A DNA stretch of 26,758 bases from a virus (Duplodnaviria > Heunggongvirae > Uroviricota > Caudoviricetes): IMG/VR virus record IMGVR_UViG_3300005253_000053; one strand, 5' to 3'. The position numbers and the translations under genes were made by a program. Of the stretch, positions 8,216 to 17,938 are shown in pieces. The notes below the pieces were generated by a model. It had not been told where the DNA came from and did no database searches. It saw only the letters and a list, made by a program, of their open reading frames with translations. Numbering within the stretch: the stretch's first letter is position 1; the number at the start of each line of letters is the position of its first letter.

Positions 8216-11200
8216 TAACCGATGTCCTCCGGATCAATTCTCGTCAGTTCGACGAGCGCAATGGTGGCTATCTGGTTGTCCAGAATGGGGATCGTCTCGT
8301 CCGCCTCCAGGACCGCCGTATAGCTGACCAGGATCTGCGTGCCCAGCACGGGGTTATCGTTGAAATTGAAGTCAAACACCCCTGTGTCGTAGTCGATGAA
8401 GTTCTTTCCGATGGCCGCGTCCACAGCACCCTTCAGTCCAGAGTCCCCATCGTCCCGGACCGTCATTAGGTTTCCTGACGTACTGAGTGCGGTGAATACG
8501 GTGCGGCCCCGTTTGAGAATCTTGAACCGGGTCGTGCCCTGGATGCGGAGGACCGTCGGGTCTCCCGTGCCCACCTGCTCGGCCACTCGCACAAATTCGT
8601 ACGGGAATCGGAAATCGGCAATGATCAGTTCGCCGTTGATGGGAATCGGGCTCAAGGCCACATCGAAGTTGCCGCCCAGGGCCTGATCGTAGCGGTAGAA
8701 GAACCGTTCCCCGATGAAGGGGCCGTTGTCGAGTGTCAGGTCGAACTCACCTGCCCGGGCTGTCCGATAGGTCACACCCGAGGTGACCAGAACTGCTGAG
8801 GCAGCGAACGTCAGATTGAAAGCTCCTGCGAAGACCTCGTAGGTCGCTGTAAACTGGAGCGACCCGACAGTCTGGGCAACCAGTACGACGATGACCTCTC
8901 CGGTCGCGTAGTTGATCGACGAGAGGGCCAGATCCGAGTCGCCTGGGGCGTCTGTAGAAGCGCCATCCCTGGTGAATAGGCCTGAGAAGTCTGTCGGAGC
9001 CGCATCGGTCAGGACGAGCAGGCCATTCGTGTGCGTGATCCTGATCTCAATCGGCGTCGTAGGGCCGAGCGTACCCACGAGGTTCTTGATGTTGTTCATC
9101 AGGAACCCGGTGTAGGTATTCTTGCCCACTACTGGGACGTCAATTTGCTCAACAACCACGTTGGACTCCAACGTGAGCGTCGTATCTTCGTAGAAGATCC
9201 GATTCTTTCCGATCCCGTTGATGTCGCCAATCAGCGTGCCTTCTCCGTTCTGAACAGATCCCACGTCCGTAATCGTCTGGCTGCCGTCGGTGAATACGGA
9301 CCGGCCTGCCCGAATGAACGGGAAGGTATTACCCAGGCGGCCCCGGAACTGAGTGTTTCCCGAGCCCACCACGACCCTGGAAGCCAACTCCTCGGCCTGC
9401 GTGAGCAAGTCATCGTAGAGAATCGTGTTGGCTTCGGCTCGGGTGTCCCCCGTGTCGATGGCACCAATCAGATCCCCGCTACCGTCATCGATCACCACGT
9501 CCTGGCGGTACACAAACGTAACCGCGTCCGCCCTGACCGGAGTGTTCGTGGGCTGCTCGACCTGTTTCTCATCAGCAAACCCGCTGTCGATGACATAGAA
9601 GGCGAATACGGCGGCCGAGGTCGCCGACGCGAAGCCACCTGCGGCCATCTCGAACGCGCCTGTGCCGTAGGTGATCGATCCAACGATGGGGTACGCGGCG
9701 ATGGTGCTGTTTCCGCCACGCCGCAGGAAGCCCGCCCCGTCGTCGTACAGGAACTGGAAACCGTCTGTGATGATGAGCGTACCCAACGACGCGGTCGCAT
9801 CGAAGTCTACGAGCGTGCCAGAGTACATCGTCGCCCCGGCTGCGCCCACCGACTCAACCTTCTGGTTGAAGAACGGGGTGAAGAAGCGAGGCCCGGACGA
9901 TCCAGCACCGCTGACAGGACCTCCGCCGACGACGTTGGGCTCCGTGTTCTGAAATACGTCGTCGTAGATGATCGCATTGGCTGCGCCGCCCCCAGTGTTT
10001 CCCGTCAAGCTGCCAAGCTGGTCATCGACGACCTTGTTGACGCCCCAGTTAAGCTGGAACGTGCCTCGAAGAACGGGCGATCCCAACACCGGATCGGTGC
10101 CGATGAACTCTTCCGTACGGTACCTGGAGCGGATGCCGTCGCCCGTGGCATAGGTCGCACGGCTCCGCTCCGATGTACGGAGGTTCGTGATCTCGACGTA
10201 GCTCACGCCGATAACCGACTGCATGACCGTGCACAGAAGCGACTCGTGGATGTCGACGCCCGGTAGAACCTGAGTCGACTGGAAGAAGGCGATAACCACC
10301 TGCCGGACTTCTTCCAGGATGGATGCCACGTCCAGGTTGGGAAGAATCGCCACCCTGGCAAACACGTCCACGTGAATCGTGACGCCGCCCTCGGTCACGA
10401 TGAGGTGGGCGATGTCCGCGCGGCTGTCGATGAACGTCCCGACCGTGTCCCGGAAGGCCTGGGGAGCAGCGAGTACGCGCCCCTCGGTGTCCCGCGTCCA
10501 GATGATCAGGTCGACTTGATTGCTCTCGGGGAAATCCAGATGCAGATCCGCTTTCCCGAAGGCCACTGCGCCAAACGTGGGGTGGACAAACGTGTTGATC
10601 AGCGCGTCGTAATCGTCTTGAGTGACGGCACGACCCGTGGATGCCGCGACCTTGGGAGCGAACAGGCGCGCGTGGTCGACGGTTTCAGCCTCTTCTCCGC
10701 CTGCACCCGCCTCCTGGTTCTGGAGACGGACATCGACCGGGTCGTTGGTCGTGACCAGAAAGCCCCGGATGGACGTATCGATCTGTCCGATATCGATGTT
10801 GCCCCGAAGACCGCCCCCAACCTTGTAGTCGACGGTAATTTCTTCGCCATCGGGCGGGATGATCGCGCCCTTGTCGTCACCAAATCGGACCGCGAGCAGG
10901 CCGTCCGGCTCGATGGTAAGCTGGTAGCGCTCCTGGGGACCGATGACGTTGTAGGTCATCACGATCAGTTCGTCGAGCGCCGGGATCGCGCCTTGCACGT
11001 CATCGCCGAACACGACCGTACCGGCCCCAGTATTGGCATCCACGTCCAGCACGAAGACGTTGTCCGTTGGTCCGGACAGCAGGAAGTCGTCCACCTGGGT
11101 GAAGATCACCGACGTGTTGGGGTCATTCCCGACTGAGACCCGGAAGTTGTCCCGGCGCGGGTGCAGCTTGGTCAATAGGAACGAGAAGTCCGGCGTCCCC

Positions 11201-11901
11201 GGAGACGTGATCGTGTCACTCTCGAATCCGAAGCCTTCGCTGAAGACAAGAGAGTCGGCCCGTTCCCACTGCTTGGCCGCAATCGTGACGACAACCGACG
11301 CGTCCGTAACATCCTGATCCGGAATAATGAGCTTCTGGAAAGGCGTACCATCAGAAACGAAGATGGACTGCCGGGGATCTCCTTCGACAGCGATGATTTT
11401 GGTGGACGAATCCGCCTGCGGGAAGGCCGCTGCGTTCTCATCGATGATGACCGTGTCTGAAAGTTGCCAGACCGTGCCGTTACGAGCCGTAAACCGAGTC
11501 TCCGCGTCCAGGCGAATCTTCGCTGGCTGCGCCGGGTTTGGGAAGGCAGTGATATTCACGCTCGCAGACGTGGCCGAGCGCATGAGGTAGTTCAGGCCAG
11601 CCGTCAGGCGGCGCATACCCGTGAGCGTCCTGGCGGTCGGGAAGAAGAACTCGTTGGCAAAGCTGTCGATATAGAAGGACATCTGGGCGTGGGAGTACGC
11701 CACAACGTCCACCAGGGCGATGCCGATGCCACTGACGTTGAAATCCTTGAACTCCTTCGGAAAGCGCTGACGGATCAGGTCAAGCAGAGCCCGCCGGATA
11801 GACGCAAAATCGCGATCCACCAGGGAGATCCGAGGCTGCGGAATGCCCACGAACTTCGTGATGACCTCCGGCAGAGTGGATCTGAACTCCTGAATAGCCA
11901 C
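8215..11901 (-). CDS. Baseplate J-like protein (P2 gpJ / Mu gp47 / T4 gp6 family), 1228 aa.
   Basis: The N-terminus (…ALVDVVAYSHAQMSFYIDSFANEFFFPTARTLTGMRRLTAGLNYLMRSATSASVNITAF) fits the baseplate-J conserved region. It sits directly after the gp25-like W gene. It contains several copies of the DDG.G.L.G…I.Y..G repeat that is also found in the I-like protein. Confidence 0.65.
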   Translation of the reverse strand: MAIQEFRSTLPEVITKFVGIPQPRISLVDRDFASIRRALLDLIRQRFPKEFKDFNVSGIGIALVDVVAYSHAQMSFYIDSFANEFFFPTARTLTGMRRLTAGLNYLMRSATSASVNITAFPNPAQPAKIRLDAETRFTARNGTVWQLSDTVIIDENAAAFPQADSSTKIIAVEGDPRQSIFVSDGTPFQKLIIPDQDVTDASVVVTIAAKQWERADSLVFSEGFGFESDTITSPGTPDFSFLLTKLHPRRDNFRVSVGNDPNTSVIFTQVDDFLLSGPTDNVFVLDVDANTGAGTVVFGDDVQGAIPALDELIVMTYNVIGPQERYQLTIEPDGLLAVRFGDDKGAIIPPDGEEITVDYKVGGGLRGNIDIGQIDTSIRGFLVTTNDPVDVRLQNQEAGAGGEEAETVDHARLFAPKVAASTGRAVTQDDYDALINTFVHPTFGAVAFGKADLHLDFPESNQVDLIIWTRDTEGRVLAAPQAFRDTVGTFIDSRADIAHLIVTEGGVTIHVDVFARVAILPNLDVASILEEVRQVVIAFFQSTQVLPGVDIHESLLCTVMQSVIGVSYVEITNLRTSERSRATYATGDGIRSRYRTEEFIGTDPVLGSPVLRGTFQLNWGVNKVVDDQLGSLTGNTGGGAANAIIYDDVFQNTEPNVVGGGPVSGAGSSGPRFFTPFFNQKVESVGAAGATMYSGTLVDFDATASLGTLIITDGFQFLYDDGAGFLRRGGNSTIAAYPIVGSITYGTGAFEMAAGGFASATSAAVFAFYVIDSGFADEKQVEQPTNTPVRADAVTFVYRQDVVIDDGSGDLIGAIDTGDTRAEANTILYDDLLTQAEELASRVVVGSGNTQFRGRLGNTFPFIRAGRSVFTDGSQTITDVGSVQNGEGTLIGDINGIGKNRIFYEDTTLTLESNVVVEQIDVPVVGKNTYTGFLMNNIKNLVGTLGPTTPIEIRITHTNGLLVLTDAAPTDFSGLFTRDGASTDAPGDSDLALSSINYATGEVIVVLVAQTVGSLQFTATYEVFAGAFNLTFAASAVLVTSGVTYRTARAGEFDLTLDNGPFIGERFFYRYDQALGGNFDVALSPIPINGELIIADFRFPYEFVRVAEQVGTGDPTVLRIQGTTRFKILKRGRTVFTALSTSGNLMTVRDDGDSGLKGAVDAAIGKNFIDYDTGVFDFNFNDNPVLGTQILVSYTAVLEADETIPILDNQIATIALVELTRIDPEDIG

Positions 11902-11928
11902 CGCCTAACTCCTCTATCCGTTTCTCAC

Positions 11929-12408
11929 CTAGTCCACGGTCTGAGCCGACTTGACCGGTAAGAAGGCGTTGATCACCGACTGACGGCTGATGTCCACACT
12001 CATGTTGATCTCTCGCTCGTCGCCTTCTTTGACAAGGAAGATCGACATCGTAATGCGGATCGAGTTCTCATTAGGCTCAACAGCCACGGCCGCCAGCGTA
12101 GCCCGGTCCTCCCAGGTGAAAAACGCCTCCTGGATCGTGGACCGAAGCAAGATCGCGAGAACGTCGTCGCTGGGCTCCCACAGCAGATCCGGAATGAACG
12201 AGCCAAATTCCGGGAACATAACCCGCTCGCCGGGCCGGGTCAGAAGGATCATCTCGATGGCGCTGCGGATGACCTCTTCGTCCGTCTTCGGCGCGAAGGT
12301 GCCCAGAACCGTACCGTCGAACTGGAACGCTATACCCGCAAACGCTTCCCGGGACAGATCAATGTCCGGCTTCAGATTGCGCAGCGGTTCTTGTGCGGTG
12401 TCGGCCAT
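11929..12408 (-). CDS. Baseplate wedge protein, GPW / gp25 family.
   Basis: 159 aa. The segment LTRPGERVMFPEFGSFIPDLLWEPSD matches the gp25/GPW core motif (GER..P.FG......EP). Its position between the V and J homologues fits. Confidence 0.8.
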   Translation of the reverse strand: MADTAQEPLRNLKPDIDLSREAFAGIAFQFDGTVLGTFAPKTDEEVIRSAIEMILLTRPGERVMFPEFGSFIPDLLWEPSDDVLAILLRSTIQEAFFTWEDRATLAAVAVEPNENSIRITMSIFLVKEGDEREINMSVDISRQSVINAFLPVKSAQTVD

Positions 12409-12465
12409 CTTACCTCCACGACAGGCAGCGATTATAACTACCCACCGAGGTTTCCTCCAAATCGC

Positions 12466-13092
12466 CTAGAGCAACAGGTGCACGTGCCCTGAGCCCACGG
12501 CCAGGGTCATGTCAGCAGCCGCCGTAAGGTGGTTGATGATCCCGTTCGAGACCCCCAGACACCAGTCCGATACCCGACTTCCTTCGGTATCCGGATTGAT
12601 ATCCACCGTGATCGTCTTCCCACCTACTTGTACCGTGACCGGCGCAAGCGCCCGGATCTTGGTGAGCATCAGATCCCGCATGCCCGTGCCCACGCCGAAG
12701 CTGAGGAACAGGTGCTTGTGGCTGACGGCTCCGTCCACAAGACTCGTCGTCGTGTTCGCGATCAAGTGTTCCGATACGGCCGCCGCGATGGCCCCGATGT
12801 ACAGCCCGCTGAGACCACCCAGGCCGGGCAGAAACGTGGCCGGGGGCGTGCTCATCGTGGCTGGAACCAGGATCAGAAGCGTGTGCACGTGCGGGAACGA
12901 CCCTGGAGGCGGCGGGCCGGTCCCAGGCGTCATCGTCCCGGCCGTCCACATCGGGATGAATCCACCTGACATGGAGTCCAGCCACTGCCTCTGGATCTGA
13001 GGCTTGCCCTCGCGATCCAGCGGATCGTAATTGAAATCCGCTGGGAAGGCCGCGATGATGGCCTGTGATAACGCGTTGGCGTCTACGGCCAT
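12466..13092 (-). CDS. Hypothetical baseplate-associated protein inserted between the V and W homologues.
   Basis: 208 aa. Its ATG overlaps the stop of the V-like gene (TAATG at 13090-13094), implying co-translation with the baseplate genes. It has a Gly/Pro-rich segment (GTGPPPPGS) and His-containing motifs (HVHTLLI, GHVHLLL). The overlapping alternative frame 12512..13111 is Arg-rich junk. Confidence 0.45.
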   Translation of the reverse strand: MAVDANALSQAIIAAFPADFNYDPLDREGKPQIQRQWLDSMSGGFIPMWTAGTMTPGTGPPPPGSFPHVHTLLILVPATMSTPPATFLPGLGGLSGLYIGAIAAAVSEHLIANTTTSLVDGAVSHKHLFLSFGVGTGMRDLMLTKIRALAPVTVQVGGKTITVDINPDTEGSRVSDWCLGVSNGIINHLTAAADMTLAVGSGHVHLLL

Positions 13093-13778
13093 TAAAGACT
13101 CGCTTTAACATTCACTGATCCCTGGGGGTGCGGCGCACCCGTGAATGGGTCTATGTGCTCGGTCGTGACCACCTGTCCCGTAGCCGGGAGAGCGCCACCA
13201 CCCAGAAGCACGTCGCCCTGGGCGTTCACGTTCACGTTGCCTTGCCGGTCGATGCTGATCTCGTTCCCCTCGGCAGTTTCGGCCTTTATGCCGTCTTTAC
13301 CAACCTCCAGGAAGTCGTCGCCTTCGCTCGTGGTCCTGGTGACCTTGAACGAGTTGTCCGTGAAGTCGATCTGGAGCAGGAAACGGTCCCCAGTCTCGCT
13401 GTCGGTCCGCTGGAGCGTGATTACCTTGTCTCGGGTCTCTCCAGTAGGGTGCTGGTCCGGGAGGCCCTCCTCGCCGTACCAGTAGCCCAGCATGATGGGC
13501 TCCTCGATGAAGCCTAGCTCGAATCCGCAGGCCACCGACGCCCCGACCTCAGGAATGATCACGAAGCCGGTATTCGCCAGACCTCCAAAGGATAGGGCGT
13601 TCTCCGCAAACGGTAGCTCGAAGCTCTCAGGCTGCTCAGGGCCGTGGATCAGGGGAAACCAGACCTTGCACCGGCCCCGGTCTGGCGTACCGGTATCCAC
13701 ATTGTCAATGACGATACCCAGCAGGATGCCGGTCCCGAGGGGGATACCGCCAATTTTGTCCAGATTGCGGGAGACCAT
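13092..13778 (-). CDS. Baseplate spike / assembly protein V (P2 gpV / Mu gp45-like).
   Basis: 228 aa. The segment GIVIDNVDTGTPDRGRCKVWFP aligns with the P2 gpV N-terminal OB-fold motif GIIVETDLNAGRCRVQTGG. It lies between the D-like and W-like genes. Confidence 0.7.
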   Translation of the reverse strand: MVSRNLDKIGGIPLGTGILLGIVIDNVDTGTPDRGRCKVWFPLIHGPEQPESFELPFAENALSFGGLANTGFVIIPEVGASVACGFELGFIEEPIMLGYWYGEEGLPDQHPTGETRDKVITLQRTDSETGDRFLLQIDFTDNSFKVTRTTSEGDDFLEVGKDGIKAETAEGNEISIDRQGNVNVNAQGDVLLGGGALPATGQVVTTEHIDPFTGAPHPQGSVNVKASL

Positions 13779-13780
13779 GG

Positions 13781-15022
13781 CTACCCCGTGATCCTTGCCG
13801 TGATGTTTCGATCACGACCGTCCCGTTTGCGTTCTGTAGCCGGAGTGTCGTAGTTGCGACCCTTGACCGTCGTGTTGCCGGACTGCGCACCATGGCGAGC
13901 CAGGAGCAGCTTCATGCGAATATTGGTTCCGATGATCTTCGTACGCCGGGCCTCCACCATGTAGTTACCTGGAATGACGGGCTCGGATTCGCCTTGCGGG
14001 TCCACGATATCGATGGTGACAATATCACCGACGCTGTAGCCCCGGAACTCGGGCATGACCTCCGCCTCGGCCAGATACATCCGGCGGAAGCGGTTGCCAT
14101 ACTCGCTCTTAACGTCGTTCTCCAAGTCTTCGAGCGTGTCCGCCACACTACGCATGGTCATCGCCGGGATGTTCGCTGTGGCGTCCAACGTATTGCGCTT
14201 GCCCATCCGAGGTTTTTCAGTCGAAGTTTGCGGCGTGTGCTCGAACGTGATGGCCTTCTTGGTCAGCGGGTCGAACCCGATACCCAGGATGGACAGCCCA
14301 CCCTGGGCCTGGAGAGCGCGCTTGCGCTGGATGACGGTAAGGCTCTTTACCCGCCAGTCCACGCCAGCTTGTGAGAGTAACCAACGCTTTACTGCCCTGC
14401 CTTCCTTGCCAGGAGGCTTGATATTTAGGATACCGCCTTCGGAGAACCACATCTCGTAGTCGCCTCGGCCAGTTCCACGGGACGACACCAAGTTCTTCAT
14501 CGTACGCTTCAGGAACTCCCAGTCGTTTTCTCCGTACTGCCAGTAGACCGGAGGCTCCTGCTCGATGGGCGCATCGATAGACAGTTTGGAGATGCCGTAG
14601 TCCCTCGCAATCAAACGAGCCAGCGTAGGAAACGCCACGTCCCAGGGCTGCGTGCGCGTCCGGCCCTGCATCAATATCGAGGGGTCCGTCCCGATCAGCG
14701 TAACGATGACGCCCGTAGCCGTCAGACGCTGCTTGCTCTTCACGATGACGCCTCGATACCATTCAACACCCTGCCCGGAAATATCGTGTGTGCCGATTTC
14801 TCCATCAAATTTGAACCGGTACCGGAAAGCCCCGCGCACCTGCTCCTTGGAGTCTGCCAAGTCCGCGAACGTACGAAGCGAAATTGCGCGAAACACCATC
14901 TTCCAGCGAGATCCGCCCTGGATCGATTCAACGTGGTCAAACTTGATGGTAGGAATACGCTCGAACGTCTTCCCACCAAGCTCGATATCGACATGCCCTG
15001 AGATGGTCTGAAGCGGGGGCAT
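13781..15022 (-). CDS. Baseplate hub protein, late-control gpD-like (Mu gp44-like).
   Basis: 413 aa, in the gpD size range. It sits immediately after the X-like gene, matching the P2 order T-U-X-D. Its ATG overlaps the X-like stop (TAATG at 15020-15024). Confidence 0.5.
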   Translation of the reverse strand: MPPLQTISGHVDIELGGKTFERIPTIKFDHVESIQGGSRWKMVFRAISLRTFADLADSKEQVRGAFRYRFKFDGEIGTHDISGQGVEWYRGVIVKSKQRLTATGVIVTLIGTDPSILMQGRTRTQPWDVAFPTLARLIARDYGISKLSIDAPIEQEPPVYWQYGENDWEFLKRTMKNLVSSRGTGRGDYEMWFSEGGILNIKPPGKEGRAVKRWLLSQAGVDWRVKSLTVIQRKRALQAQGGLSILGIGFDPLTKKAITFEHTPQTSTEKPRMGKRNTLDATANIPAMTMRSVADTLEDLENDVKSEYGNRFRRMYLAEAEVMPEFRGYSVGDIVTIDIVDPQGESEPVIPGNYMVEARRTKIIGTNIRMKLLLARHGAQSGNTTVKGRNYDTPATERKRDGRDRNITARITG

Positions 15023-15411
15023 TATTCACGGACCCTCTGGAGCGCTCGGTCAATCTCTTCCCGGAATGGGATGATGAGCGGCGTACCGGCCACCAAATCC
15101 CGGAGCGGGAAGAGGACGTCGTTGACGAACATGATGGCCCACCACAGTTCCACAGTATCGTAGAAATCGAAGCTAACCAGATCCGGGCGGCTCTCCTGCT
15201 CCACAGTCGTGACGTGCCTGAACTCGTTGCCCAGCAGGCGGATGTCCGGAGGCTCCCACAGGCCGTATCGCTCACGGCCGTTGTCCAGGAGGAACTCGGT
15301 GAGCTTGAAGCGCGACTCATAGCGCTCGCCCAGGACGAACCTCGTGTCCGACTCCTGAACGGCCTTCTCGGCTCCAGGCGACCCGGTGAATGTCTGAGAA
15401 ATTTCACCCAT
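15022..15411 (-). CDS. Tail protein X-like (LysM-like domain).
   Basis: The ORF was trimmed to the internal ATG at 15411, which overlaps the stop of the upstream gene (TAATG). The resulting protein is 129 aa. The C-terminal 55 aa (HVTTVEQESRPDLVSFDFYD…WWAIMFVNDVLFPLRDLVAGTPLIIP) align with P2 gpX (…LQGDTLDAICVRYYG…VLAANPGL…LPHGTAVELP). Confidence 0.55.
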   Translation of the reverse strand: MGEISQTFTGSPGAEKAVQESDTRFVLGERYESRFKLTEFLLDNGRERYGLWEPPDIRLLGNEFRHVTTVEQESRPDLVSFDFYDTVELWWAIMFVNDVLFPLRDLVAGTPLIIPFREEIDRALQRVRE

Positions 15412-16178
15412 TATGCCATCCCCAACAGGGCACGACGACGCACACCAGCACCGCTGGGCATGCTGCCTATCGGGAAGGCACGGTGGAACGTCAAATCCAC
15501 CTCGGCCCTGTGCGGATGAGCCGATACCGGCGTGAAGGGCGGTAGGTACCGAATCTGCACGCTGGCACAGTACCCGAACTGCAAGAGGAATCCGCCATAC
15601 GCGATCCGGCACATCGGCGGGAAGATCTTAGACCCCTGCTTCGCCAAAAGCTCCCCGGTCGCTGCAACTGACTCCGCTGCCGCCTGGAGCCCAGCAAAGA
15701 AACCTTTCCCCTTTGCCAGAGCCTTGTATAGCTTCCGCGCAGGCGCGTTGATTGCATCGGTGGAGGGCAATGCCAGCGACTTGCACCATGCCACCTGAAG
15801 CTGGATGCGCAGCAGATCCAGCACCGGGTTAGCGATATTTCTGGAGAAGTCGTCCGTGCCTGTCAGGCGCGTGTCGATGCCGAAGAGGCTTCCGTTGTTC
15901 CCGGAGTGGAACACGAGATTCACGACGATGGGGTCCCACTGCGTACCTTCGTACTGGAACGCCAGCGGGGCCGTGGCCGGAGAGAAGTTGAACTGAGCCC
16001 AAGCCGATGTCAGGCCTTCATTGATCTGGTCCGGCCAATTCTGGAAGAACAGGATGTCCAGCGGCCGTCCGACCACCTGAATGAAAGCGATGGACGTGGG
16101 GATCTTGTGCCCCGGCGCAGGCAGCGGCGGGGTCAGCGATACGATGCTGCCTCCTGGAATAAAGGACGGAACCGGCAT
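15411..16178 (-). CDS. Tail protein in the positional slot of P2 gpU (Mu DNA-circulation N-terminal slot).
   Basis: 255 aa, located between the tape measure and the X-like gene. The assignment rests on synteny alone, with only a weak C-terminal resemblance to gpU. Confidence 0.35.
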   Translation of the reverse strand: MPVPSFIPGGSIVSLTPPLPAPGHKIPTSIAFIQVVGRPLDILFFQNWPDQINEGLTSAWAQFNFSPATAPLAFQYEGTQWDPIVVNLVFHSGNNGSLFGIDTRLTGTDDFSRNIANPVLDLLRIQLQVAWCKSLALPSTDAINAPARKLYKALAKGKGFFAGLQAAAESVAATGELLAKQGSKIFPPMCRIAYGGFLLQFGYCASVQIRYLPPFTPVSAHPHRAEVDLTFHRAFPIGSMPSGAGVRRRALLGMA

Positions 16179-16186
16179 GGCCTCTC

Positions 16187-17935
16187 CTACGTCTGCCAGG
16201 GCTTCCGGCTCTTCGACTGATCGAAGTCCGGGTCATTCATCCAACTCTGGTCTTCCGTGTTGTCCGCGATCAACAGCAGCGTGTTCTCGATGGCCTTCAG
16301 GACAGACACCGCGTCTCCACCGCCCGCGCTCGGTGCTCCACCCTTGGCCATGGCAGCAGCCGTGACCGCCGACTGCATCATGCGAACCGCTTCTGAATGT
16401 GGCACATCCTTCCCGAACGGGATGACACCCTCGGTCGTGCCGCCCTCACCGATAACTGCAAGGCGTCCCTCAGGAGTGCCCGTGATCACACCGCCGTGCT
16501 GCAATCCGGGAATATCCATTCCCCGCATGCTCCGCAGCATGTTGCGTTCAAAGGGATCTAGCGTGCCCGCTTTCTCTTTTTTCCGGAGCCGCATTGCCTG
16601 CTTAACTAACTTCATCCGTCCAGCAGCGCTTGAAGTTAGCCCCCCGACACTGCCGGACTCGGCTTTCTTGAAGCCGAGCAACGTAGCTGCGCCCTCAGGC
16701 AGAATCTTCACCGCCTCGTCCCCGACCGCTTTCCAGAGTTCGCTGATTTTCCTCAGGAGCCACGCCGAACCTTGTGGCCACGCCGTGTCTCTGATCCAAA
16801 CGCCGAAGTCGGCGATCTTGTCGCGGACCCAGTTCCCGATAACCGGAGTTATGCCCTTGGCAAACTCCATGATCGCCACGCCCAGAGGAGCCAACAGAGC
16901 GCCGACACCCTTCACGAACACCAGGAACAACCGACCGATGACGGAGAAAATCTCGCCCATGATGCCACCGGCCGGTGCGCCCGCAGTATCCCCACTGAAC
17001 CATCCGCTGACCGTCTTCGCCACAGTGGGCATTGCTTCTCTCTCCGCCCAGTAGAGCACGGAATCCGCCCACGTCTCTAGCTGAGTCATCCCGGTCGTCT
17101 TGAACCAATCCCACCCCGCGCCGATTTTACCCTTAAACGAATCCCAGGAAGTTGCTGCCCAGGTCTTTATGTCCTCCCACGCTGTTTTCGCTTCTTCCTT
17201 ACGGCCGAAAAGAGCTATCCATATCGTCTCAAAACCTTTCGTGATCTTGGGAAGCCACTCTATGACAAACGGCAGCACGTAATTCCTCATCAGCCCCGTG
17301 ACCAGTCGAGTCAGCATCGGCATGAACACAACGATGAACGGGATGAGCAGTATCCGCATCTGCATAAATATGGGCTTCAGCGCGAAATCTATCGCATCCA
17401 TGAGATCCTGGAACAGCTTGAAGAACGGGGCCTTGATGATGGTCGTTATAGGCGACAGCAACGATGTAATCGTGCCGAGCACGCCCTTCAACAGGCGAAG
17501 CGGTATTCCGACGAACCACCTGATGCCGCCGATTATTTTCTTCCAACCTGCTATGAAGAGGCCCCACCGGAAGAAGAACCGGTTGATCGGACCCATGAGC
17601 CTCCCACCCCACAGGCTTGCTTCCTCGGTGGCTTCTTGAACCTCTTGGACGACAGGCCTCAGCTTGGCAATTGTCTCCTGGAGATCCACAAATAGCGGGC
17701 GAAGCATGTCGACGACTGTCTCAATAGCTTCGATGCTGAACAAGTCGCCCACTTGATCCGTCATCTCCGAGAACTTGTTGCTCATCTTCTCGAAGGACGG
17801 AGTGAGCCGGACGCGCACAGACTTGGCAATGGCCTGCCCCATCTGGACAGCCTTAGTCGCGACGTTATCCAGGACGCCAGACACTTGGTCGTCGACCTGG
17901 AGAATCCACCCTATTGCTTGCGCAGCGCCTGCCAC
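16187..17935 (-). CDS. Tail tape measure protein.
   Basis: 582 aa, helical. The central region is hydrophobic and Trp-rich with ~11-residue Trp periodicity (TAWEDIKTWAATSWDSFKGKIGAGWDWFKTTGMTQLETWADSVLYWAE). A Gly-rich segment lies near the C-terminus. The start codon is GTG (17935-17933), preceded by GGGAGG 9 nt upstream. The gene lies between the tube/chaperone region and the baseplate genes. Confidence 0.75.
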   Translation of the reverse strand: MAGAAQAIGWILQVDDQVSGVLDNVATKAVQMGQAIAKSVRVRLTPSFEKMSNKFSEMTDQVGDLFSIEAIETVVDMLRPLFVDLQETIAKLRPVVQEVQEATEEASLWGGRLMGPINRFFFRWGLFIAGWKKIIGGIRWFVGIPLRLLKGVLGTITSLLSPITTIIKAPFFKLFQDLMDAIDFALKPIFMQMRILLIPFIVVFMPMLTRLVTGLMRNYVLPFVIEWLPKITKGFETIWIALFGRKEEAKTAWEDIKTWAATSWDSFKGKIGAGWDWFKTTGMTQLETWADSVLYWAEREAMPTVAKTVSGWFSGDTAGAPAGGIMGEIFSVIGRLFLVFVKGVGALLAPLGVAIMEFAKGITPVIGNWVRDKIADFGVWIRDTAWPQGSAWLLRKISELWKAVGDEAVKILPEGAATLLGFKKAESGSVGGLTSSAAGRMKLVKQAMRLRKKEKAGTLDPFERNMLRSMRGMDIPGLQHGGVITGTPEGRLAVIGEGGTTEGVIPFGKDVPHSEAVRMMQSAVTAAAMAKGGAPSAGGGDAVSVLKAIENTLLLIADNTEDQSWMNDPDFDQSKSRKPWQT

Positions 17936-17938
17936 GAC

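Noticed and set aside
12466-13092. Calling the 208-aa protein a PAAR-domain spike tip.
   Set aside because: No PAAR sequence motif is visible and it is twice the size of typical PAAR proteins. Only its position near V suggests that role.
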